A stretch of 58,364 nt of DNA, from positions 3,625,150 through 3,683,513 of the forward strand of contig NW_003526943.1 in NCBI RefSeq assembly GCF_000181795.1, given 5' to 3'. Positions 36,661 through 49,027 of the stretch are shown here, piece by piece. A program made the translations under genes and the position numbers. The DNA comes from Trichinella spiralis. Lineage: Eukaryota. Position 1 is the stretch's first letter. Every line of letters begins with the position of its first letter. The notes under the pieces are model-generated. The model saw nothing but the letters and a program-made list of their open reading frames with translations. It was not told where the DNA came from and ran no database searches.

Positions 36661-39371
36661 CAATTTTTTCCTTCGATAACTTTGTTTATATTTTTGATTT
36701 AAAACTACAAAATAATATTTTTAAAAAATGTTTTAATTGATAGAAAAATTTTTTACCTTTCTGACCAAAAAATTTATTGATTTTTCATTCAATGATTTAT
36801 ATCACAAAAGTTTCAAATGGAACAAATTTTTTCCGGTGCAGATGTAATAAGAATTTTGAAATATATATATGCAAATTACATTCCAGTACACACATGCAAA
36901 TTGAAAGCATTACATGTGCGCGAATCGTCTGAAAATCCATTTTCAACCAATGAAAAAAGAATAAAATTCCTCTGCTAATTACAGAGTTCATGTAATAACA
37001 GGTCAAAGTTGAGTTATCGTTTTACTTTTTAGATTTTTTACACTGATAAAGCATTTCGAGCATAATTTTCAAAATTCAAAAAACAAAGCCGAATAATAAT
37101 AGTTTGATACTTTATATTTGCATATTCTTTATTATTATCATAAGTAAAAAATATCGGCAATAGAAAAGTTGAATAATTTAATTTCATATAATTTCTTTTG
37201 ATATTTTATCCAATTACCTGCTTTACAAAAATGTCCCAGTTGAATATATTTAATTTTTTTTCTAACACAATTTCAATACAGATTATTCAAGCAAATACAT
37301 TTTACAGCTGTCGAATATACAAAAAACAGTTTGGTAAAAACATTCATCAGTATAAATGCGAGTAAAATGTATTGCATGAATTTAAATCACAAAAATTCAA
37401 TCTATATCGTTTATTTCATTTATTTTCGAATAGATTTTTGTAATGTATATATGTGTTTATTTATAAGAGTTATTTTCATGATCAGAACTTATTTTCATAC
37501 AGAAAGTTTGACAGTTTGATGAAGTCGTGTAATTTACTTTAATTTGGAACAGCAAAACAAATTTATGATATATGAAAATGAATTATCGGCTGAAATTTTT
37601 TTCGTGCGATTTACTTTTTCACCTTTCATCTTCAAACTGAATTATTCTACCATTGGTATCACAAAAATTCTTATCACAAGCAATATCTTCTTCATGTTTG
37701 TATATTTCTTTCTATTTGTAAAATATATCATTGCTTACAACAACAAGTTTTACCTTGATACTTGAATAAGTATAACAGACAGAGCAGGATACGTTTATAT
37801 TCGAATGCTACAATTGAAAAGCACAGTTGTTAATTATATTATATTGATAAAAGAAAGCAATTGAATAAACAAAAAACATATTTGGTATCATCAACTGATA
37901 ATTCATTTGTATTAATATTGCTCAGTGTTAAATAATTTATATAATAACAATAACGATTACGGTTAATTGAATTTATTTGATAAACAAAATGAGTTTTACA
38001 ATTATTTTATCAAATAAAAAAGAATTAATTTAAATGAACAAAAATAAACTTACTTGATCTTCTTTGTTGAAAAAGATATTGAAAAAAAGAAAAAACAAAT
38101 GAAATAGATAAATTTCCATAACAAATAATTTTTTGTAATTTTGACACGCAGGCTTGGTTGTACTGTATTTATAAAGCTGAGCAAATAAGATTAGCGAAGA
38201 TCAGCTTTATAAAATCAGTACAATCAAGCCCGTGTATCTTGAAAATGGTGAAATTTCAATAAGATGGTCGACGCTTTTATAAAAGTGGAAGAAAAAAAAG
38301 TTGACTATCAGTGGTTGTTGTTCATTCGACTGTTCACTGATTCAACAAATGGCAGTGTACATGAGTGCTTTTGCCTGATTGCAAGAGAAGCATTGAACAA
38401 GCAACAAGCCGACCTAGAAGTGACATCACCGATTCATGACACATTTTTAGCTTATAATATTAAGACGCGAACAATTTTATCATAATGAAAATAAACAAAC
38501 TAATTAATATATATATACATATATATGCAAGCTGATTGATATTTTTTGCAAAGCAAAAACGACAAGTAGCATAATTTTTGTTTTTAAATAAAAATTGATT
38601 TTACTTTTTATCAACAATCTCATTAAACTGTATTTAAAAAATAAAAATTTGTTGACGTCAATGTTTACACCAGATCATGACGCGGTAGGTGGCCAGTTGC
38701 TTATTGAATTTCAGCTAAAAAGTGTCATTGCGTCATTTCCAAGACGTTGGAAGACAAGATGATGCTCAGTTATGCGGAACAGAAAACAAAAAAAACAGCT
38801 TCAAAATACTGGTAAAATCATGCTGTGGGCGTTGTTGAATCATCAACGTGTGAAAAAAACCACAAGAACCTACTCCACGTCTGCATGAGTCATAATTTTA
38901 TTTGCGACAACAATTTCACTTATCACTTTATTTTTAATTGTTTACAAATAAATAAATTGCTATGAAAATTTTTATTCATCAAAATATATACATGAAGAAA
39001 ACAAGTAAACTGCATTATTATAATGTGTTCAAATTATAATCGCAATAAATATAGAAAATATTGATTATTTAAAAGCAAAAATAAAATTTCAAACAACATA
39101 TTCACAGTAGTTGATAGAATTTATTTATTATTCTTATTCTTAATTTTATAAATAATTTATCATTTTAAACAAACCAAATATATTGTGCAATGGATCAAAA
39201 GTGTTTTATAATTTAATTTTTAATGATGCAAATAATATATATGATATATATTCAATATAATGTAACAAAAAATAAAATGTTTGAACAAACGGTGCACATT
39301 TAAAATGGAAAATTCAACGATTGGAATTTATAAGAAGAGAAAATAATCATTTACAAGTGGAATCAATCACA

Positions 39372-42300
39372 TTATGGAGTGTTGCTGCGTTCAGTAGAAC
39401 TGGATGTAAGATGATTGAAAATGTTTCGAAATATACCTCCTACAACAATAAATAAATAAGAAAGTACATAATATATATATAATCTCAAAACATGTGGAAA
39501 TTCAAATAAATTGTTTAAATTAAAATAAACTTTGAACTGTACCAACGGCCTTTCCAGTTTGATTGACAAAATTGCCCGTAGTATTCAAAGCGTGTTGCAA
39601 TTTTCTAGCTTGATCGCTGCTTTCAATGGTGCTGCAAAGGAAACAACTTTGATGAAATAATAAAATGCATATTTCTTCAAATATGATAAGCTCAAATGAG
39701 AAAAACAAACTCACTGCGTAAATCGCAGCTTGAAGTCAGCCAAATTCAACTGACCATGGCAAATGTGCCTGCAAAACAGAACAGAAAAATGCATACAAGT
39801 ACAAAATTTTATTAGTGGATCAGAGAAATACCCAGCTGGAAAATTCATCTGCTTGTGAAAACCACCACTGTACCACAGGAGAAAGTTATGGGTTGTTTTG
39901 TAAGAGTGGACAAAGGCTGCATTGAAATCATCGTAATACGAAGTATCTTATTTAAATAAAAAAAATAATCATTTATTATCTACCATCAACAACAAAATAC
40001 ATTGTATAATTTCTCACCATCTGATGCTGCTGTCAATAATAAAGAAATCAAATACTGACTAAACTGAAAGCGAATCCACTCGTCACCACCTTCCCATTCT
40101 AAAAGAATAAAAACCAATAATTATAATTTTATGTTTTTAAATTTTTTTAATAAAACAAAAATGCAACAGACTTGTAAACTGTGAGATGGAAGAATCATCT
40201 TGAAATGCAGTTTTCAATACACCGTCTATAAAACGCAAATCAGCGGCGGAAAGGACAAGCAGTCGTCGCAATCGAACGTCCGGAATTTCAATATCAATCC
40301 CATTCTCTTCATCTATCTGCAAATAAAATTATATTCAAAAAACAAATCAAAATTAATCAAAAAGAATAATTTTATACTGTTATCATTGCATCGAACAATT
40401 CCTTCTTTTGCTTGAACAGAGTATTGGTAAAGCCGACCACATAGGCTCGTACGTGATCCGACTCAAGCCAGTCCATGTAAGGCAACGATAAATACGGATG
40501 CAAAACGGATCCCTGAAAAAATTTTCAAATAAAATTATTCAACTGAATTTCCCTTTCCACGTAAACAAACTTTAGTAAATATAGCCAACGGAAAACCATA
40601 TGCATCCAGGGGCAATTCTGTAGCGATCGTGTTCTAAACAACAATAAATGCAGATAATTCATAATTAATAATTTCTGGAAAATAAATTATCATTAAAATT
40701 GTATTTAAATTAATATTAGTGATACATCAGACAAGTGACGATTTTCAGAATCTCGCTTGCATTCGCTCGTTTGTTCACCACCACCACCACCACCACCACT
40801 ACCATCATCATCATTATCATCATTACTAGTGTTCAATGGTAGTGAATTGTCATTATCGTCTTTCGATGAATTCATTTCGTCGCTCTTCAAATTAGAATCT
40901 TCAAGCAACGGAGAATAAGAGGCCGAATGAGACATTCCAAAATCAATCATTCCTGAAATTAATATTTTTGAAAATTAAATTTCACCAATTTCACCAATAC
41001 TTGGAAACAAGGATATCAAAGCCAATATGTTGCTGCAAAGAGAACCGACTGGAGAGATGTTGAAAAATATCTGAAACACACACACACACACAATGTTATG
41101 GAACAATTTTGAAATGCTCAATTTTGTAAATGTACTCTTTTTTCCAAAAGAACCAACTTGAAAAGCATCAACGTCCGATGTCTGTACGTGTGCAACAATT
41201 CGCGCACGGAAAGTCCTAGAAAATTTGAAAAAATCGAAAAAAAAATACTTGTTTCTTTTATTAATATTTTTCTTGTTCAACCATTTTATCATTTGCATTC
41301 GAAAAAATCAAAATCAATTATTAAAAATGTGAATAAAATTTTATAAATAATTTTTTCAAACAAAAAATCATATAATATATAATAATTAAGATAAAGTTTA
41401 AACAAACTTTTCATTATATTTCTTACGCTCAAATTTAAACTTTTCATTATATTTCTTACGTTTAAATTTAAACTTTTCATAATATTTCTTACGTTTAAAT
41501 TTAAACAACGTGTCAAAATAACAAAAGTGTTTTAAAGTTGAAGAAACGAAAAATTAACTAAAGTTGTTTCGGTTATTCCAAACCCAAGTCGACGCAGATC
41601 AACAACCATGGAAAATTCAACACCAATGCTGAATGAAGGCGAACGTCTGAAAGAGCGATACGAGATACTATGCAAAACAGGGTTTGGGACGTTCGGGTTC
41701 GTTTATGAAGGGAAAGATCTTCAAAATGGAATACGTTGCGCAATAAAGGTGGAAAGCCTGAAGGCTAAGTGTATGGCGCTGAAGTACGAAACTTACGTCC
41801 TGAACAAGATGCAAGGCCAGAAACACGTCTTGAAATTATTCGACTATGGTAAACAAAACAATATCCGTTATTTGGTGATGCAGTTGGCCGGTAAGAATCT
41901 GTCCCAGCTGAGGAAGGAGGCATCAGGCCAGCGTTTCAGTCTCGGCACCTCCTGCCAGCTGACCATCCAATGCATCGAGGCATTGAAAGATATCCACGCC
42001 GCCGGCTTTCTACACCGGGATGTCAAGCCGGGCAACTTTGCCATCGGCTGTAATGAAGCAGACAAACGTATGGTCTACATATTCGACTTCGGACTGGCGA
42101 AAAGTTACCGCGAAAAGTCCGGCGCGTTGAAGCCGCTAAGAGAACACTGTTCGTTCCGCGGTACGGTTCGATACGCCTCTCCAAACGTCCACCAAAACAA
42201 AGATCAGGGACGACAAGACGACTTGTGGAGTGTCCTGTACATGCTGATTGAATTTCGCGACGGTACCTTACCTTGGAAAAATTTGGACAACAAAGACAAC

Positions 42301-43872
42301 GTTGGAAATATAAAATTAACAATATCACCGCAAACGCTGTTGAAAAGTTTTCCCAAAGAACTGCATCAATTTTACCACCAGCTGAAAGAACTCACCTATG
42401 AAAAAGATCCCCAATACGAAGCTTACATCGAAATACTTCGTACAATAATGCGAAACAACAATATTCCATTCAACCAACCGTTCGACTGGGAAAGCAAATA
42501 GTAAATTATTCCTTACTATTCATAATGATTCAGAATGATTATTGTATCCATTATCATTGTAAGAAATAATTTATAAATAATAAATGTAATCAATATCTTT
42601 TGTTTTCTTCAATAAATAACATTTTACACCGAAAAATGTTTGCAACTGTGTTCACTGCCACAATAATGAATTTGAAATAAAGTTGAAAGAAAAAAATTAT
42701 TATTACCAAAATTTGGTTGCTGTCCGCACAGGGTAGTACTGTCAATGGTGGCGTTGATGTTGTGATACATTTCGGCCAGCAGCTCAGTTTGCTTGAAATC
42801 CCCTTGCTCGAAGTAAACTTTGCTGATGCTTTCCAATTTCGGCATCAACAGACCATACAACGGCGACGATGACACTGCACAAATGCTTTTCTGGACCGTA
42901 CTGCGAGTGATGTCGTTTGATTTTTCTCGTAAATCCTAAGCGTTAAAATAATCAACAAAATAAGCAACAATTTGAAAGCAGAAATCCAGCAACAGCGACT
43001 GCTTACTTTGGCTGCAATTTGTCTGACATAAGAAACCCCATACACGGTAGAATTCGGATTGGACAAGTCCGGAAGATGAAAATAAACAAAGTCTAAAAAA
43101 ATAAATAAACAAACAAACATATTAAAACTTTGGTAAATAAAAAAATAAAAATTAGCTGAAGATAAAAATTTTGTTCATTTTATTAAATCAACATGCATCA
43201 CTTGCCAACAATTTTAAAATAAATCAGTACTTAGCCACAGTAAGAACAGCGACAGTATCAACAGCTACAAAAAAATATTGATTTGAAACTGAAACTCATC
43301 CTGAGACTGTCAAACTTTTCTCAACATTTTACTTAAAATTAAACAGCATCATTTGCATTTAAAATGTGCAAATAAATTAACATTTTACTTTTATTATTCA
43401 AGAATAACCTACAGGATTTCGCATTACCAAATAATATGGTCACTTTAATTCAACTGATGATAAGCAAAAAACAAATAAAATAACCAACAAGTAAATGCAG
43501 TCGACATCACTTCTGGTTGCATTAAGAGAACAAAATGTGCAAGTGCATGAAATTCAATTCACAAGCGAAGTGCAAAGTGAAATATTTAACAAAGTTCAAG
43601 AAACTACACAGTTGCATTTGACAGACCAGCATCGTGATTGTGAGCTCCGTCCGGCAATGCCAAAGACGGAAGAGTTTTCCACAACGTTGGAAGATCATCG
43701 TCCGCAATCTCTGTCTTCCCATTAATTGCAGGATAGACGTGCTCTACCTGCAATCCATTCGTGAAAATGAACAATTAGATATATATGTATATAATCGGAC
43801 AGTGTTAACAACCTGACAGCCTTTTTTATGATGAAAGCCCACAATAAAGACATAAAGAACTGAATTTTCCAT
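39372..43872 (-). CDS. AVL9: Late secretory pathway protein AVL9 homolog (DENN-related), ~15 exons
   Basis: MENSVLYVFIVGFHHKKGCQ|VEHVYP...LPSLALPDGAHN|DFVYFHLP...VYGVSYVRQI|...RSTVQKSIC...PLYGL...YFEQGDF|GLSVREL...LFKLVLLEKR|...YGFPLAIFTK|G..HPYLSL...|LSAADLRF|WEGGDEWIR...DFN..F ... STERSNTP*. Confidence 0.95.
41404..41506. repeat. 33-bp tandem repeat, 3.1 copies
   Basis: AAACTTTTCATTATATTTCTTACG(C/T)T(C/T)AAATTT at 41404, 41437 and 41470; neighbouring copies differ at 1-2 positions. Confidence 0.9.
41608..42501 (+). CDS. Intronless tau-tubulin kinase-like / casein kinase 1 group Ser/Thr kinase (297 aa)
   Basis: Uninterrupted ORF with G.GTFG.VY, AIKVE, LKYE, MQLAGKNL, FLHRDVKPGNFAIG, DFGLAK, FRGTVRYAS, GRQDDLWS, LPW and PFDWE, a typical TTBK catalytic domain with no tail. 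Confidence 0.95.
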   Translation: MENSTPMLNEGERLKERYEILCKTGFGTFGFVYEGKDLQNGIRCAIKVESLKAKCMALKYETYVLNKMQGQKHVLKLFDYGKQNNIRYLVMQLAGKNLSQLRKEASGQRFSLGTSCQLTIQCIEALKDIHAAGFLHRDVKPGNFAIGCNEADKRMVYIFDFGLAKSYREKSGALKPLREHCSFRGTVRYASPNVHQNKDQGRQDDLWSVLYMLIEFRDGTLPWKNLDNKDNVGNIKLTISPQTLLKSFPKELHQFYHQLKELTYEKDPQYEAYIEILRTIMRNNNIPFNQPFDWESK

Positions 43873-44352
43873 TGATATGCAATATATGACAAAAATAAAT
43901 ACTAAAGAGTAAGCTTAACCGCCAGCTGTCAAAAGAAGGGCAAAAAGCATTTGCAAAAAAATCAACAAAATTAAAGAAAATCAGGTTGTTTACTGTAATT
44001 TTTTTGTTAAGTTCTAAAAGTCGGTCAGTGAGAGTTTTGAGCTGTCAAATCAGTAGCTGTTCAGAATTATTATTATCTAAAAATGAAAATATTCATTAAA
44101 ATTATTTTTCAAACAAACACTATCTAAAGTTCAACAAATTTAAACTCCTTGCATTTTTTGTTTGCCTTGCAGTCGAAGTATAACTTAAAATTTGAATTTT
44201 TGCAAAATTGAATATACTTTTTAATTATTTATTTAAGCTATCCTTTTTTAGTCATTTATGTCAATAGCAAATACAATTAAGCATTTATTCCATTATAAAC
44301 ATCGTAAAATAACAATGGAATAACAAAACAAATTTTTTAAAATATATTAACA

Positions 44353-46032
44353 CTAATCAGAACAACGCTTTTTGATGGCTCTTTTCAAAATGACTGCGTC
44401 GTCGATGATAACTTTTCCACGTACCAACGATTTTACCCATTCATCCACGGTAGAAACAAATTCATCTGGTTCGTTCGCATTATCTTTCTTCATCAATTTG
44501 TATACATAAGCATCGCCTTGTAATTTTTCCTTTTCCACAACAATGTCAAATAAACATTCAGCCCACATTGCAGTAACGGACAATTCTCCTTTTTCATTTG
44601 AACGAAGCAAATAATCGCCATTTTTCCGCAACAATTTCATGGTATCATCGTCAGACATTCGACCATAGTAATAGGAGAGTTCACTTGGATTGTTGCATGG
44701 TTCGAGAACAATTTCATCATTTATATCTTTTCTAACTACACCTCTCTGGAGTGCTGGCAAAGTGAAACTATTTTCACCAAATTTCTGAATCTATAATCAA
44801 AAGAAAAAATTCAATGCATTGAATTCAATAAAAATATTATGCATACAGTAATTGGAAAGGCAAGCCTTTTATAAGCATTAATTAGCTCTCCGACGGTTGT
44901 CTTGCACAACGGGATGTCAACAGGTGTCAGGTAAAAATATCCGTCTGCAGAGCATTCAACAGTTGTTTCACAGTAGCTGGTATCGTTGTTTCCATCGTCT
45001 GATTGCTCAACTGCTGCGAGCTTTAAGTCCGATTCGTCCATATAAAGCAGAAAATCTCCCGCGTTGTTCAACAACAGTTTCACAGCATCTCGTTTCAACT
45101 GACCGTGATAATACGGTAACTGATAAAGCAACTTTGGAGGCGGGCACTGACCAGGTACAGCGCAGATAAACTCGATCGGACCGTCGTTACCGCACACTCT
45201 CACCGGACGAGTCAATTGCACGTTGTCGATGTCCAAATTGCCAACCACCAACGCCTTGATCCAATGATCGAACGACTGAACTGTTTCCACATGCTGTTGT
45301 GAACAACCAGCTGGCAAAGCTAATCGTCCATTGTGCAACGCTGGCTTTATCTCTTTCACATTTCCATCCCATTTCACGTACAACCGACATCCAAACTGAT
45401 TTGACGCATCTTCGTAAAGTAAATAATCTCCACTGCATATCAAGCGGCTTAATACCTTGTCCAATTGGCCTGCTCTGTAGAAATATGAAAGATCACTGAT
45501 CTTTTTACAGTGTTCCACGCAAATTTCAAACTGAAATCCCACATTTAAAGCAGCTCTTTCCAAAAATACCGTATCCCCATTTGGCGCCTAAAAGTTGAAT
45601 AATCACTTCATCACAAATTTCTCACTAAACACTCATCACCTTCAATGGTTGTCTGAAGTTCATATAGAAACGAATCAGGTGGTCAATAGTACGAAATGCG
45701 TGTTCAATATCCTCCAATAAAAGCCAAAAATAACCATTAGGTTCTTGATTGATGGTGAACAATGACAGTCGGTCCTGATTATCGCGTATGATCAGCTTGG
45801 GATCTAAGTGGTTGTTGACATCCAAGTAAATGGCGTAAGTGCCCGGCTGATGAAAAGAAAGCATCGCCAAACCTGTCATCGACTGTCCTAAATATGCGGC
45901 TAATTGGTTCAAAGGTAGTGGAGCTATCCGTCGAAAAGTGAAACACGGAATTTCACCAATTGCGTCAGCTTCCACTAGGCACAATTCGTGACTCGTGTTC
46001 AAATTCTTCTCCAAGCAGAGTTTGTCATCCAT
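44353..46032 (-). CDS. Tandem four-SH2-like-domain protein without kinase domain (~523 aa, 3 exons)
   Basis: Exons 46032-45640, 45587-44847 and 44790-44353 splice in phase 0. Four repeats of Y[YF][HY]G...G[DT][YF]LL[YR]...L.R.[VI], e.g. LPYYHGQLKRDAVKLLLNNAGDFLLY and LSYYYGRMSDDDTMKLLRKNGDYLLRS. Confidence 0.8.
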
Positions 46033-46735
46033 GGATCATTTCATCAACTATAAATTGTCGCTGTGAAATGTATGCAAACAAATCCAGAATAAATCAAAGC
46101 ATTTTAAAGTAACACATTTAAACATTTTAAAGTTCAACATTTATCGCCATTGTTCTGTCTGGCGACGTAAGCATTAACTGTTTGAATTTAATATATATTA
46201 CTTTTTAATAATAAAACAAATTCAATGAATTAAAATGCTGTGCAAGAAGTTTTCCCTTAAATTCAATGCATATCGAAGACAGCTGGTAAACGTTCAAAGC
46301 ATGCAATTAAAACAGCTATTTAGAAGTTTACTTTACACCAGACACTAATTCAAGTGACCAATAGCTTAAAAGTAAACTGATCAGCAGATTCGCCGTGTAT
46401 CTCACAATCAGTTTGCCATCACCATGGTGAAAAAATGCCACTAAATTATACAAATAAGGATGATTATTTCTTACAAATGCTTCTAAGATGTGTAAATTCA
46501 GCGGTAAATAAAATACTGCGAAAATCTTCCAAATGTCTATAATTTATATTAACTGGTTCCAAATAAGTAAAATGACTTCAGTTATTCCTTCATTCACAAC
46601 ACCGCTACACATTATTCCATTGATTATCCAGAAGATAATCAGCATCAAGTATCCCAAATTTCAAATAAATTAACATTTAAATTCCCTCTGATTTATTTGC
46701 TGATGCAATTAAACTACAAAAAGAATAACAAATAA

Positions 46736-49027
46736 CTACTCCAATCGTTGTTTCTTCCCCAAATGCAATGAAGCATCCTCTTCGGCATCTTCGCTAACTG
46801 TTTCGGCACTCCGCATCTCACTGCTGCCACTAACATCTTCAGATGGATTATCATTAGAAATGAGAAATCTCTCTTCCAGCATAGGGTAATACAAATCTTG
46901 TTGATCTAATGTCGCTACAGAGAGAACTGTGCTCAGAGGACTTTTTCGCAATTCATCATTGTGCTGATGTTCAGTTACAATCAAAGTACTGTCCAAGTCG
47001 TTCGTGCTTTCAAGCTGATCGTTTGAAAAGCGTAATTCAACCTCATTTTCAACGTGCTGCTGAAACGAGATGTCATCAGTTACGACGACATTTTCTACAT
47101 TGTCAGGCACATGTGATACAGAATCTGAAATCAACTGGTCGACATGCCCAACCAGTGACTGATCAATATTGACTCTATTTACAAAAGAGGATGGAACCAG
47201 ATCGACTGGCTCGTTTGGCACCTCCTCTATCTGTTCCACTGTTGTACTTTGAGTTTCAACAAAAGAAATAACATTCTCCATAAGATCTTCGTTATTAAAA
47301 GCTGAACAATCATACTCTCCTTCTACTTCATCAACTTCAGATAATCGTGATTCTTCAGACGTACTGTTGCAACCATTTCGCATTAAATAGCTTCCGTTCT
47401 GATGTTGCCATTGTTGAGATTGACTATTCTTGGATAATAAGTTATCATTATTGTACCTCGATCGCCACTGCAGACAACGTTGCTCATCTTGACTCGAGGT
47501 GGTATTAGGTACTTCTAAATCCCCTATGCTGATCGACTCCAAACACGGTACCAAAGGTTTAGTAATTCGCTCACATATGGTCAGTCCTTCGGCAGAAAGA
47601 CTTCTAATCTGGTCATTTTCATCATCCACGGTCATTTTAAGCAGACCAATAGCCATATTGGCCAAAGATGGACATCGCGGATGCGGATGAAGCAGAAACG
47701 TGTTTAACAAACGATGTAGCATCAGTCGACTGGGGACTGTCGCGTCAGTAAAACATCCGTTCCGGCGCATCTCGAACAACGCTCTCCAAATCATCATTTG
47801 TGCCATATTGTACTGTTCAGCTGGAATCAGGTTGCCAAACCGTTGAACACTCGTTCGCAGAAATCTTGCACAACTATCGAACACCTCGGATGAGCAAACG
47901 GTGCTGACCGGAACTACTTGATTGAACAACTGTTCCAAATCAAATAAAGACACACAGATCTGCTTCAAATGACTAAGCATGTTTGCAAGGCCAGTGCGGT
48001 ATAAAAATGCAAATCTGTCGTGCAAGCCACTGCCCACACCAACATGACGTGCCAACGCTTCTAAGCTCAGGTAGACAGCGCTTTTCAGCTCGCACGATTT
48101 GATCCCACATACACCAGTGCATTGCTCCTCCATCCATCGGTTAAATATTACGATTGTGCCAGCTGAATAAGGTGCGTAATGAATATTTGTCACACTGACC
48201 ATCACTTCGAACAGTCGAAATAACTTCTGAAAAAGATGTCTGTTCTCTCGACTGCAAGTCGTATTCTTCGACAGTATACAATTCACGCCATAAAATATGG
48301 TTGCCGAGAGCTCTTCCACCGGAATGGCGATTACTGCGGTTGGTGTGTATTGGTCAAGCAGATGACATAAACAATCCAAAGCCGAAGCAACTCCTCTCAA
48401 TTGTTCCGCATTTTCTAATTCATTGAAATCAAGCTCAGGCACAACATTACCAAGTCTCTCATCAAGATCATTGTCAGTGACACTATCGTGCACAGCATGC
48501 TTCAGAGTGTGGTAAACGGAAGCAAGCAATGAACGCATTGCTTCAGTATAATGAACACCCTGCTTTGTTGAGTTGTTTCGAGGAAATTTCAAAAACAACG
48601 TATACACGTCCACTGCACACTGTCTAATGGGGTCGTCATTTGAAATTAATTTTGGAACGGTAAATTCAGAAATTTTTTGCGCTAAACGTTGACAACTGTC
48701 AGTGTAAAATAACAGAAGCATCTTCAAGCATCGCAGCGCCAAAATATTTAGCCCATCTGGCGTTGAATTGATGCAGTGCAAAACTAACGGACGTACATAT
48801 TGCAGCTGCAGTTGATGCTTTACTGGAGGCATTTTAGAACCCCGAATGAACAATTTCATCAGAGCATAATAGCGCAATCTCGCTTCACAAATCGAATCCC
48901 TCAAGTCAATGCACTGTAATTTGCTTAACAATGTCGGCCAGTTTTCCAAAAAGTGTCCATCTGGAGAACTGACAATTTCACTGTATGCAGACTTCACATT
49001 AATTTTCTCTGAATGTGATTCTTCCAT
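46736..49027 (-). CDS. PELP1: PELP1/Rix1 homolog (rixosome scaffold), apparently single exon
   Basis: Leu-rich helical region with ALRCLKMLLLFYTDSC and RLMLHRLLNTFLLHPHPRCPS...IRSLSAEGLTICERITKPLVPCL (PELP1 R..LY.LL..LLL.P.PRCPP...HPRVPPL motif), followed by an acidic tail. The ATG at 49027 directly follows a TTTTTCAG acceptor, so trans-splicing or an upstream exon is possible. Confidence 0.75.
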   Translation of the reverse strand: MEESHSEKINVKSAYSEIVSSPDGHFLENWPTLLSKLQCIDLRDSICEARLRYYALMKLFIRGSKMPPVKHQLQLQYVRPLVLHCINSTPDGLNILALRCLKMLLLFYTDSCQRLAQKISEFTVPKLISNDDPIRQCAVDVYTLFLKFPRNNSTKQGVHYTEAMRSLLASVYHTLKHAVHDSVTDNDLDERLGNVVPELDFNELENAEQLRGVASALDCLCHLLDQYTPTAVIAIPVEELSATIFYGVNCILSKNTTCSRENRHLFQKLFRLFEVMVSVTNIHYAPYSAGTIVIFNRWMEEQCTGVCGIKSCELKSAVYLSLEALARHVGVGSGLHDRFAFLYRTGLANMLSHLKQICVSLFDLEQLFNQVVPVSTVCSSEVFDSCARFLRTSVQRFGNLIPAEQYNMAQMMIWRALFEMRRNGCFTDATVPSRLMLHRLLNTFLLHPHPRCPSLANMAIGLLKMTVDDENDQIRSLSAEGLTICERITKPLVPCLESISIGDLEVPNTTSSQDEQRCLQWRSRYNNDNLLSKNSQSQQWQHQNGSYLMRNGCNSTSEESRLSEVDEVEGEYDCSAFNNEDLMENVISFVETQSTTVEQIEEVPNEPVDLVPSSFVNRVNIDQSLVGHVDQLISDSVSHVPDNVENVVVTDDISFQQHVENEVELRFSNDQLESTNDLDSTLIVTEHQHNDELRKSPLSTVLSVATLDQQDLYYPMLEERFLISNDNPSEDVSGSSEMRSAETVSEDAEEDASLHLGKKQRLE

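Noticed and set aside
41009..41016. ATATCCTT on the minus strand resembling a U12-type 5' splice site
   Set aside because: It lies within an in-frame AVL9 exon (LISLFP) flanked by normal GT-AG introns. No U12 intron was needed in any gene model.
41289..41516. ORF with repeated LNVRNIMKSLN; repeat array considered as CRISPR-like
   Set aside because: Translation of a head-to-tail 33-bp tandem repeat. There are no spacers or cas genes and the context is eukaryotic.
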